This document shows, piece by piece, positions 7,607 through 15,893 of a DNA stretch of 24,000 nt. This DNA comes from Pyrococcus horikoshii OT3 (GTDB taxonomy: Archaea > Methanobacteriota_B > Thermococci > Thermococcales > Thermococcaceae), in contig NC_000961.1 of the NCBI RefSeq assembly GCF_000011105.1, forward strand, positions 487,940 through 511,939, given 5' to 3'. A program made the position numbers and the translations under genes. The stretch's first letter is position 1. Every line of letters begins with the position of its first letter. The notes under the pieces were generated by a model. That model was not told where the DNA came from. It searched no databases and saw only the letters and a program-made list of their open reading frames with translations.

Positions 7607-8305
7607 ATGGTTGAAGAGCTACTAAAGATAGAGCTGAAGGGAGATGAGCTCCACAGGCGTCTAGGCGGTGGCATTCCAGCGGGTACGATAATGCTCATTG
7701 AGGGGGATAGGGGGACAGGGAAGTCAATAATCTCTCAAAGATTACTCTACGGCTTCCTTATGAATGGATATACCTCCTCTTACATTTCGAGCCAATACAC
7801 AACCGTTGAGTACATCAAGCAGATGATGTCGATAAGCTACGATGTTATCCCTTTCCTGATAAGAAAAAAGCTCGTCTTCGTCTCCCTCTACCCTTTACTT
7901 AGCGGTGTTAGCGAGGAGAGGAAGTTCCTAAGTAGATTACTCGGTGAGCCGAGGCTTTGGGATCAAGATGTTATCATCATCGATTCGTTTTCATCCGTGC
8001 TCTCGCGAGAGCAGGATGTCGGTGCGGTGAGAAATTTCCTGATGTACATTAAGAGGCTCTCGAGCCTTGGGAAGGTTATAATATTAACCGCTAACCCCGA
8101 GGAGCTCTCGAGGGATGTGATGTTCCTCCTTGAGGAAGCGTCAACCTTGCTCATGAGGCTCAACGTTAGGGTCTTCGGTGGGGACTTAAAGAACTCAGCG
8201 ACTATAGTGAAGTACAACAATGCTAAGGGGGTGTTTCAGAAGATAATACCGTTTAGGGTTGAACCTAGGGTTGGATTGGTAGTAGAAATAGCGGCGGTGG
8301 TGTGA
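7607..8305 (+). CDS. flaH: Archaellum KaiC/RecA-like ATP-binding protein FlaH
   Basis: Walker A is GDRGTGKS. The protein is 232 aa and lies directly upstream of flaI. Confidence 0.9.
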   Translation: MVEELLKIELKGDELHRRLGGGIPAGTIMLIEGDRGTGKSIISQRLLYGFLMNGYTSSYISSQYTTVEYIKQMMSISYDVIPFLIRKKLVFVSLYPLLSGVSEERKFLSRLLGEPRLWDQDVIIIDSFSSVLSREQDVGAVRNFLMYIKRLSSLGKVIILTANPEELSRDVMFLLEEASTLLMRLNVRVFGGDLKNSATIVKYNNAKGVFQKIIPFRVEPRVGLVVEIAAVV

Positions 8306-8306
8306 T

Positions 8307-9920
8307 ATGGCAGAGGCCGTTTCAGGAACGCTTGAGGAGGCAATGCGCAGGAATCCTCACCTTAGGAAGTACGTTGAGGAGTTTAGGCGTAAGTATGGTA
8401 AAGTCCCCGAGTTTCACGTTCAGCTAACCACCGAGATGAGGGATATCCCATATCCCAACATAATCTATCCCGTTGGTGATCCGATATTCATACACATCTA
8501 TGGTGACCCCCAAACGGAAACCCAGTACATAGTGATAGAGCCGAGGATAGAGAACAGGGAGGAAGAGGAGAAGTACAAGTTGATAAAGGATAGGATCCTT
8601 GAGCTAGCACCTACTAGGGATATTCCAGAGGAGCAGGAGGAATTCGAGAGGTTCCTTGATTCCCTGTTTGAGGAAGCAGTTCTCTCCCTGGTGAAGGGGA
8701 GGAAGGGATTAAAGATAACCAAGGAGGAGATGGAGAAGTTCAGGTATCTTGTGAAGAGGGATATAATTGGAATAGGTCCCCTGGAACCAATAGCGAGAGA
8801 TCCCTACCTTGAGGATATCCACATAATAGGTGCGAACTACGTTTCTGTTGTCCACAAGATATTCCAGCATCTACCGACGAACATAAAGTGGAAAGATAAC
8901 ATAGAGCTTGCAGATTATTTGAAGAACCTATCCGAGAGGATAGGAAGGCCCGTCAGCGATAGGAACCCAATAGTTGATGGAACCCTTCCTGATGGTTCTC
9001 GTATAAACATAATCTACTCCCCAGATATCTCGCTCAAGGGTCCTAGTGCAACGATAAGAAAGTTTGCAGCAACCCCGCTGAGCATAACCCAGCTTATAGC
9101 CTGGGGTACGATGAGTGCAGAGATAGCCGCTTACCTCTGGTTGGCCATAGAGTATGGTATGAGCATATTCGTCTGCGGTGAGACTGCCTCGGGTAAAACA
9201 ACTACTTTGAACGCTATAATTCCCTTCATAAAGCCGGGATCAAAGGTCTATACAGCTGAAGATACTCCTGAGGTTCAGGTCCCCCATCCAACTTGGCAGA
9301 GGCTCGTTACCAGAGAGAGGGGTCCCGAGGAGAGTAGGGTTACGCTGTTCGACCTCCTGAAAGCTGCTCTAAGATCTAGGCCAAACTACATCATAGTCGG
9401 TGAGATTAGAGGTGCTGAGGGTAACATAGCCTTCCAGGCCATGCAGACGGGACACCCTGTTATGAGTACCTTCCACGCTGGTGACGTTAAGAAGATGATC
9501 CAGCGTTTCACGGGCTCACCTATAAACGTTCCTATAACCTTCATAGATAACCTTAACATCGCACTGTTCCAGCAAGCGGTTTACGTTAAGGGTAAGTTCC
9601 TGAGAAGGGTTATCACAGTAGTCGAGATAGAAGGTTACTACGAGGAACTCGGAGGAGTTGCAACCAGGAACGTCTTCGAGTGGGATCCTGTAAACGACAG
9701 GCACATATTCAGGGGTATGAACAACTCCTACATACTCGAGAATAAGATAGCCGAGATAGCTGGGTACGAGGATCCCAAGGCGATATACGATGAGCTCTTC
9801 CTCAGGGCTAGGATCCTTCAGAGGATGGTTGAGCTCAAGATATTCAATTACTGGGATGTGTACAGGGAGATTAAGGCCTTCTACCAGAGGGGTATCGAGG
9901 GATTGAGCTTCAGGATCTGA
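8307..9920 (+). CDS. flaI: Archaellum motor ATPase FlaI (type II/IV secretion ATPase superfamily)
   Basis: Walker A is GETASGKTT. Other motifs are YIIVGEIRGAEG and the His-box region STFHAG. The protein is 537 aa. Confidence 0.95.
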   Translation: MAEAVSGTLEEAMRRNPHLRKYVEEFRRKYGKVPEFHVQLTTEMRDIPYPNIIYPVGDPIFIHIYGDPQTETQYIVIEPRIENREEEEKYKLIKDRILELAPTRDIPEEQEEFERFLDSLFEEAVLSLVKGRKGLKITKEEMEKFRYLVKRDIIGIGPLEPIARDPYLEDIHIIGANYVSVVHKIFQHLPTNIKWKDNIELADYLKNLSERIGRPVSDRNPIVDGTLPDGSRINIIYSPDISLKGPSATIRKFAATPLSITQLIAWGTMSAEIAAYLWLAIEYGMSIFVCGETASGKTTTLNAIIPFIKPGSKVYTAEDTPEVQVPHPTWQRLVTRERGPEESRVTLFDLLKAALRSRPNYIIVGEIRGAEGNIAFQAMQTGHPVMSTFHAGDVKKMIQRFTGSPINVPITFIDNLNIALFQQAVYVKGKFLRRVITVVEIEGYYEELGGVATRNVFEWDPVNDRHIFRGMNNSYILENKIAEIAGYEDPKAIYDELFLRARILQRMVELKIFNYWDVYREIKAFYQRGIEGLSFRI

Positions 9921-9930
9921 GGTGATTCCA

Positions 9931-11643
9931 ATGCCTAAAGAAGAGAAGATCAGCATCTTCGTAAAGGCAGACCTAAATCCAAAGGAGTACATGAAGAAGA
10001 TCCTCATCCCAGGGTTAGCTGGCTCGGGAATTCTTTTCCTTGTAATGGGTTTTTTCACTAGGTTGATAACCCTTCCCAGGGGCCTAGTCTTCTTCATGTA
10101 CCTCGTCCCAGCTATAATAGCTGTGTACGTTGCTGCCTACCCTTACCTAGCTGCTGATTCGAAGAGGCTTTCCATAAACTCCAAGCTACCTTACTTCATA
10201 ACTTACTTCGCTGTCCTCTCGACGAGTGAGATAGGGAGAACGGATATACTCAGGGTTCTTGCAAAGGATCCCAAGCTTGGGGCCATAGCCAATGAGATGA
10301 AGAAGGTTTACATAATCGTTGACAAGCTCCATAGATCCCTACCAGAAGCGTTCAGGTTCCTAGCGAAGAGAACCCCCAGTAAAGTTTTTGCTGACTTCCT
10401 GGATAGACTAGCTTATTCCTTGGATAGCGGTGTCGAGCTAAAGGATTACCTGTTCCAGGAGCAGCAAACCGTTATGGATGATTATCAGACCTTCTACGAG
10501 GGGGCCCTCTATGATTTGGATATATTCAAGGAGATTTACGAGTCGGTTATAATCTCGATAGTCTTCGCAGGAGCCTTCATGATCATAGGGCCCATATTGA
10601 CGGGCCAGAACATAGGTAGGTTAGCCCTTTATTTAGCTTTCCTAATACTCGCGGCCGAGATCGGTTCACTACTCGTGATAAAGTATAGGATGCCCGAGGA
10701 TCCTATATGGGCCGAGAAGAGGGTTGAGACTCCTAGGTATAGGAGGATAAAGAGGGCTGCAATAATCTCGGGCATGCTAGTTCCAATAGTCTTCCTCCTC
10801 TACTTCGCTCTAATAAGGCCGAGGTTTCACCTTCCCACTCCATTCGTGATAGCCCTATCCCTAACTCCTTTAGCTTACTTAGGTAACGTCGTTAGGAAGG
10901 AGGAGGGAATAATATTCAGGAAGGATGAGAACTTCCCTGCTTTCATAAGGAGCTTAGCTTCATCGCTAGCTGCAAGTGGTGCCTCGCTTTTGCTGGTACT
11001 TAAATACCTCAGTGCCCACGACTTCGGAATGCTCACGGAGGATATAAGGGCCCTTTACAGGAGGCTCGCCGTTAGGGTTGATTCAGCCAGGGCCTGGGAT
11101 TTCTTCATAGCTGAGACTGGTAGCTGGTTGATAGGTATATTCTCAGAGATATTCAGGGAGAGCCTTAGGCTAGGGGCCGAGCCGGATTACGTTGGTAAGG
11201 TTATAAGCAGGAACTTCGAGAGGCTCGTAAGGCTTAGGAGGAAGAGGCTCCAGAGCGTCTCAAACTTCATAGGAATAATCCTGGGATTGACGGGGGCCTT
11301 TGCATTCTCCCTAGCAGCATCCTTCCAGGTAGCCGTCACGATAAATTCGATATTCAGCAAGTTCCAAGTTCCAACGGAGTACATAGGTAACGTTATCCAC
11401 GTTATACCCCCGAGCGGGCTTAAGCTCCTCGATCTATCCCTGATAATAATCATGATAGTCCACTCACTCCTCTCGGCCTTGGCAATTAAAGTAGCGGATG
11501 GAGGTAACCTTCTCGCTTCGCTCTACTACTTCGTGATACTACTCTGGGTCTTCGCCATAGGAATGTACATTGGTCAGGTGCTGATGTCCAAGTTCATGAG
11601 CGTTGGAGGGGGAAGCTTGATACTCTTCCTACTGGGGGTGTGA
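9931..11643 (+). CDS. flaJ: Archaellum polytopic membrane platform protein FlaJ
   Basis: The ORF-track GTG 9922 lies inside the SD GAGGTGA (9919-9925). ATG 9931 follows 5 nt later. The protein has many hydrophobic segments separated by two soluble GspF/TadC-like regions. Confidence 0.9.
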   Translation: MPKEEKISIFVKADLNPKEYMKKILIPGLAGSGILFLVMGFFTRLITLPRGLVFFMYLVPAIIAVYVAAYPYLAADSKRLSINSKLPYFITYFAVLSTSEIGRTDILRVLAKDPKLGAIANEMKKVYIIVDKLHRSLPEAFRFLAKRTPSKVFADFLDRLAYSLDSGVELKDYLFQEQQTVMDDYQTFYEGALYDLDIFKEIYESVIISIVFAGAFMIIGPILTGQNIGRLALYLAFLILAAEIGSLLVIKYRMPEDPIWAEKRVETPRYRRIKRAAIISGMLVPIVFLLYFALIRPRFHLPTPFVIALSLTPLAYLGNVVRKEEGIIFRKDENFPAFIRSLASSLAASGASLLLVLKYLSAHDFGMLTEDIRALYRRLAVRVDSARAWDFFIAETGSWLIGIFSEIFRESLRLGAEPDYVGKVISRNFERLVRLRRKRLQSVSNFIGIILGLTGAFAFSLAASFQVAVTINSIFSKFQVPTEYIGNVIHVIPPSGLKLLDLSLIIIMIVHSLLSALAIKVADGGNLLASLYYFVILLWVFAIGMYIGQVLMSKFMSVGGGSLILFLLGV

Positions 11644-11646
11644 AGG

Positions 11647-13572
11647 GTGAGGAAGCTAATCCTAGTGCTAATACTCCTCATGCTCCCAGGGGTGTCGGCA
11701 TCTACCTTCGTTGGCTGGGCTAACCTAGGGGAGAGCGTTAGCTATGGGGATAACGCTATAGTGGTGAGGGATGTAGGAGTTGATGGAGAGGTCTTAATAG
11801 CACTCTCAACCCCTAGCGGTGTTAGCTATCTCTCCCTAAAGCCCGGGGAAGAGGAGAAGGTTGGCGATGTTAAGGTTAAGGTTGAGAAGGTTTTCCTGGG
11901 AGAGAACCCAATGGTTTACCTCAACGTCACCTTCCCGCCGGCGTTGATTAACCAGAGCATTAAGGTTGGAAGGTACGTCATAAGGGTTAAGGATGTTACC
12001 GTTGATTCCTTCGAGGTAACCGTTAGCAACGGAACCGGTGAGAAAGTTTACAAGGATTCCTTTGAGGTTGGGGGTTATAAAGTAGTTATAACTCCAAGAC
12101 CCGAAATATTCTCTGGAGAGCTTAAGCTTCTAGATAATGTAACCTATGGGGATTATAAGATAACCCTCTCCGGCTTAAACATGACTGTCGTTAACAATAA
12201 ATCCTCGAGCATCCTTGACGTTAAGTTCGAGGGTAAAGATTACTGGGTGGAGGAGGGTAAGTACGCTTACGTTGGCCCCTTCATAGTCAAGTACAACGGC
12301 TTCAGGTGTGAGATGAAGGGTAACCTCTGCGATCCGGTTATCTCCCTAGCCGTTTTATTGAGGGGTGTAAATGTTTCAATAGCCTACGATCCCTCAAAGG
12401 TCTTCTGGCTGTACGAGGGTAAGGGGTTCACGGTGGGTCCGCTCATAGTTAAGCTCGAGGGGCTTGCGGATGGAGTTTCCTACATAGTTATATCTAACAA
12501 CTGTGGCGATGAGCTGTACTCGGGAACCTTGAGGGCTAACCCAACTGTAGTAGATTCCATAGAGTACGATGGGATAAAGCTCGGCTTGCTTGAAACGGAT
12601 GAGGATAAAAACGGTAAGAAGGGGCTCTTCATAGCATTCTACAACGAGAGCGAGAAGCCGAGGTATCTAGCCTATCTTAACGTAACTGTAAAGGCCCCTG
12701 AGAGGGTTACCCTTCTATCCCCGTTCAAGGTTAGGGTTAGCGTGATGAACGAGGGGAATAGCAGAGTCATGGGGATGCTCGCTAAGTTCAATCCCGGTGA
12801 TGGGGTGAAGGTAATCGGTAGGGATTCGGTTTACATAAGCTCCCTGGATCCGGGAAAAAGTGTGGAGTTGAGCTTCACCCTTTTACCCACCAAGGAGGGT
12901 AAGGTGAACGTCGGTAAAGTTACAGTTGAGGGTCCAGTCCCATACCCCCTAGCTTGCGGTGGATTGTCGATGCTTAAGTTCTCCTCGAATTCTCCAGTGG
13001 TTGAGGTTGAACCTCTAAACATTGGCGTAAACATTTCTTATCCAGTTTCTGTATCTCTGGGGGTACCCTTTGAGGTCAACGTAACTTTAAGCCATAACAT
13101 CGAGGGGAACCTAACGCTAAATCTACCCCCAGGGATCGGTTTACTATCCGAGGGTAGGGTTTCAGCGGGTAGCGTTGTGCTCCCCGCTAGGAATGCTTCA
13201 ATAAAGCTAGTCGCAGTCACCCCAGGAAACTACACGGTTCCGGTAACGTTAGCATCCCACGGGGTAAAGCTCTACAACTCGACTATAAGCTTCGAGGTTC
13301 AGGGTGAGAATGAAGCTCCAGCAGTAGCAGTTACTACCATTACAAAGGTAATAACGAAGACAGAGGAAAAGGTGAGTGAAAAGACTATAACAGTTTCAAA
13401 GAACGAGACGATAACTAAAACGATAACAATGACGAAAACGATGGTAAAAACATCGGAGATAACAAAAACTGTAGTTGGGAAGGGAAGGGAGCTCTTAATG
13501 TTCATCCTAGGTGTCATCCTCGGGATTGGGATAATAATACTAGTTGCCTGGATTAAGGCCCGCTCTTCCTGA
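11647..13572 (+). CDS. Secreted, C-terminally membrane-anchored surface (S-layer-domain/CARDB-like) glycoprotein candidate, coupled to flaJ
   Basis: GTG start 3 nt after the flaJ stop, with GGGGGTG upstream. The signal peptide is MRKLILVLILLMLPGVSA|ST. The body is beta-rich with many N-x-S/T sequons. A Thr/Lys-rich stalk (ITKVITKTEEKV...TKTMVKTSEITKT) follows. The protein ends in a TM helix plus a basic tail (WIKARSS). Confidence 0.7.
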   Translation: MRKLILVLILLMLPGVSASTFVGWANLGESVSYGDNAIVVRDVGVDGEVLIALSTPSGVSYLSLKPGEEEKVGDVKVKVEKVFLGENPMVYLNVTFPPALINQSIKVGRYVIRVKDVTVDSFEVTVSNGTGEKVYKDSFEVGGYKVVITPRPEIFSGELKLLDNVTYGDYKITLSGLNMTVVNNKSSSILDVKFEGKDYWVEEGKYAYVGPFIVKYNGFRCEMKGNLCDPVISLAVLLRGVNVSIAYDPSKVFWLYEGKGFTVGPLIVKLEGLADGVSYIVISNNCGDELYSGTLRANPTVVDSIEYDGIKLGLLETDEDKNGKKGLFIAFYNESEKPRYLAYLNVTVKAPERVTLLSPFKVRVSVMNEGNSRVMGMLAKFNPGDGVKVIGRDSVYISSLDPGKSVELSFTLLPTKEGKVNVGKVTVEGPVPYPLACGGLSMLKFSSNSPVVEVEPLNIGVNISYPVSVSLGVPFEVNVTLSHNIEGNLTLNLPPGIGLLSEGRVSAGSVVLPARNASIKLVAVTPGNYTVPVTLASHGVKLYNSTISFEVQGENEAPAVAVTTITKVITKTEEKVSEKTITVSKNETITKTITMTKTMVKTSEITKTVVGKGRELLMFILGVILGIGIIILVAWIKARSS

Positions 13573-14482
13573 GCTCCCAATATTCGTAGAGGACATTACC
13601 GTCTATTACTCCATATATATCTATCCCATCGGTCTCGTAGTGTATTATTGGACTTCCAACGATGCTTGACACCTTCTTTAAGCTCTTCATATCCTCAACT
13701 ATAACCCTCTGCCCTATTCCAGTTGGCCTACCCTCTATCGCCTTCCACTTCTTCTTCCTGGGTTCCCATGTCACTGGGGTGAGGATCCCGAATATCAGCG
13801 TTAGCACCGGGAACAAGATTCTAGCCCTAGAAACTGGCATTCCCAGGAATTCAAGGTTTTCATTTATGGTCTTAACTTTGTTATTTACCTTCTTTTCTTC
13901 GGTGTTTTCTATATAAGTTAAACCGCTTGCTGCATCGTTAACCACTGGCATCTCCTGGGTGAACGTTCCGTTTCCTCTCTTGACCCTTGCTATCACGGTT
14001 AGCTCATAGCTTAGCCTCGGCAAGTTGAGGGCCTTGCTTATTTCAGCTTCCCTCCCATTTATCTTGGTTAGGTTAACCTTGAAGTCTTGCATGAACCTTC
14101 CGTTGGTTAAGTTACCCGTGTACCTGAAGGTCGTCTCGTTAAGCAGGTAGATCTTCTCCTTCCCCTTGGTTACGTAATATGAGGTTATCCCTTCTAGTGT
14201 GTAGTTACCCTCTTCCTTGGGAATTATCCTATACTTATATTCCCCTAGTATGTAGTCGGTGACCTTTGTCGGGTAATATTCCAGCGATGCGTAGCTACCG
14301 TAGATCGTCGAGTTCGTGAAGTGAGCCGTGTGCGTTAGTACACCTTCTTCAACCACGCTTTCAACTAGCACCCTGCGCTCGAACGATGCGGGCTTCATGT
14401 ATGAAGCTATAGACAAAGTCAGGAAAATCAAAAATAGGCCGATGAAAGCGTATTGCATTCTTTTATCCTTAATCCTCAACAT
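13553..14482 (-). CDS. Bitopic/two-TM membrane protein, last gene of the SipW/TasA-like operon
   Basis: ATG 14482 has AGGAGG 5 nt upstream and overlaps the upstream gene's stop by 7 nt (ATGTTGA). The N-terminal TM is YAFIGLFLIFLTLSIASY. It is followed by a beta-rich domain of about 200 aa with sequons, then a second TM (ILFPVLTLIFGILTPVTW). A basic stretch (RKKKWK) and a C-terminal domain of about 70 aa follow. Confidence 0.7.
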   Translation of the reverse strand: MLRIKDKRMQYAFIGLFLIFLTLSIASYMKPASFERRVLVESVVEEGVLTHTAHFTNSTIYGSYASLEYYPTKVTDYILGEYKYRIIPKEEGNYTLEGITSYYVTKGKEKIYLLNETTFRYTGNLTNGRFMQDFKVNLTKINGREAEISKALNLPRLSYELTVIARVKRGNGTFTQEMPVVNDAASGLTYIENTEEKKVNNKVKTINENLEFLGMPVSRARILFPVLTLIFGILTPVTWEPRKKKWKAIEGRPTGIGQRVIVEDMKSLKKVSSIVGSPIIHYETDGIDIYGVIDGNVLYEYWELRKSGP

Positions 14483-14862
14483 CTTCTCCTCCTACATTTA
14501 ACATTTAATTTAGCCCCTCCCCCATCCCAGGAAGCTTTGATCGTATAGTTCCCTGGGAAGACGTAGATCTTCTTCGAGTATCCTGGATCTATCCTTCCAA
14601 TGTTAACCTCGCAGGTGTGACCGCAGAAGCTTCTTCTTACTAAAGTGGCATATATTGGGTAGTCAAGGTTATTCTTTATCGTTATCACGTTTCCTGGGCA
14701 GCATCTTATGAACTTGCACTGAACGTCTATGAAGGGGTCATCACCGTACCCAACTATTATCTGCCTCTCCATGCTAGTTTCCCTGAACGTTGATGAGCTT
14801 CCAACCTTCACCATAAGGAGGGCCAATGAAATTAGCAATATTCCAATAACCTTTCTTCTCAT
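14476..14862 (-). CDS. Small Cys-rich secreted protein sharing the N-terminal motif of the putative fibre subunits
   Basis: I prefer ATG 14862, which forms an ATGA overlap with the peptidase stop; the ORF track uses TTG 14868. The signal peptide is MRRKVIGILLISLALLMVKVGSSS|TF. The mature part has 7 Cys in about 100 residues and ends CRRRRC. Confidence 0.65.
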   Translation of the reverse strand: MRRKVIGILLISLALLMVKVGSSSTFRETSMERQIIVGYGDDPFIDVQCKFIRCCPGNVITIKNNLDYPIYATLVRRSFCGHTCEVNIGRIDPGYSKKIYVFPGNYTIKASWDGGGAKLNVKCRRRRC

Positions 14863-15851
14863 TTCCAAAATCTCCCTAAAGATATGTACTCAGGTTCCCC
14901 GAGGAATGGCTTTATCATTGCGAGGGCCAGGAAGACCAGCAACCCTTCGATGATTAGGGGTAAGTAGGGGTTTATCGAGTATGCTCTCTCAATGGTTCCC
15001 GTTGGAAGGAGTGGGTAGTAAGAGTAAACGTTAACCCTTTCAGTGTACACCCTGGTTTCCTCAGGCACGTGAATAATTCCCTTGATGACCCTTTCCTCAC
15101 CACCACCTAGCTTGAAGATCGTGTCGTTCACTATTTTCCCCTTAACTATGAAGACCATGGGTATCCTCGCGTAGTTCTTGATCGTTACGTTTTCTTCAAC
15201 GACGCTCCCAGGAAGGTACCACCCTTCCCTCTGTCCACCACCTAGTGTTGAAACGTAAGTTACGCTTATCTCTCCCCATAGGGTTGAACCGGCGAATACT
15301 ATCCCAAAGGCTAGTAGTGCTGAGAGCATTAAATAGAGCGTTCCAGTATCGATAACCTTTCCCCTTCTCCTCTTCTTCCTCTTAACCTTATTCCCGGTAC
15401 CTAGCATTATTCCTCCAATTACAACTAGGGTAATAGCAAGGTATTGGGAGTTGCTTGATCTTAAGTACATCCCTAGCTTCGGTATCTTAACTGGCTTTCC
15501 TCCCAGGGTTATCACCTTTCCAATTACCTGATCCCTCGGTACAGGTGGGTTTTTGCCGTCTTGCTGATCCGTTGCAACGTTGTTATCGCCCTTGGTTATG
15601 TAACCCTCTTCGGTTATCGCGTAAACCCTGTGAACAGTCCATCTTCCGGAAAGGTTGAACACTATTATATCCCCAACCTCTCCCTTGGAAAGGGGGTTGA
15701 TGAAGAAGACATCCCATCTGTTTATGGTAGGTACCATGCTGTCGGAGTATGCGTAGGAAACGAACACGGGTCTCCCCATCAGAAAGCCTACCACCGAAGG
15801 TACCACGATACCAACCAATAGTAGGCTAATTAAGATGTCGGAGACCCGCAT
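14859..15851 (-). CDS. Signal peptidase I, archaeal/SipW/Sec11 type (S26B), with a C-terminal extension of about 170 aa (3 extra TM segments plus a second extracytoplasmic domain)
   Basis: The N-terminal TM is followed by box B YSDSMVPT (Ser nucleophile). Box D is WTVHRVYAI (His) and box E is ITKGDNNVATDQ. TM2 follows, then a cytoplasmic KVKRKKRRRGK loop, TM3, a beta-rich domain of about 110 aa, and TM4. GGTGA lies 6 nt upstream of the ATG. Confidence 0.85.
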   Translation of the reverse strand: MRVSDILISLLLVGIVVPSVVGFLMGRPVFVSYAYSDSMVPTINRWDVFFINPLSKGEVGDIIVFNLSGRWTVHRVYAITEEGYITKGDNNVATDQQDGKNPPVPRDQVIGKVITLGGKPVKIPKLGMYLRSSNSQYLAITLVVIGGIMLGTGNKVKRKKRRRGKVIDTGTLYLMLSALLAFGIVFAGSTLWGEISVTYVSTLGGGQREGWYLPGSVVEENVTIKNYARIPMVFIVKGKIVNDTIFKLGGGEERVIKGIIHVPEETRVYTERVNVYSYYPLLPTGTIERAYSINPYLPLIIEGLLVFLALAMIKPFLGEPEYISLGRFWK

Positions 15852-15876
15852 TTTTCGTCACCCAAAAGGGGAACTA

Positions 15877-15893
15877 AAGGGGCGGAGCCCCTT
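15877..15893 (-). terminator. GC-rich 7-bp stem / 3-nt loop hairpin after the second subunit gene, followed by T-tracts (attenuator or mRNA-stabiliser candidate)
   Basis: On the - strand, AAGGGGC-TCC-GCCCCTT starts on the last base of the stop codon. TTTAGTTCCCCTTTTGGG follows, ahead of the peptidase SD. Confidence 0.45.

Noticed and set aside
9516-10097. 193-aa - strand ORF across the flaI/flaJ junction
   Set aside because: It is fully embedded antisense to two well-supported fla genes and has no recognisable motifs.
13662-14953. Short + strand ORFs (13662-13916 and 14729-14953) opposite the fibre operon
   Set aside because: They are antisense to tightly coupled - strand genes with good SDs. 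They have no SD of their own and no motifs.
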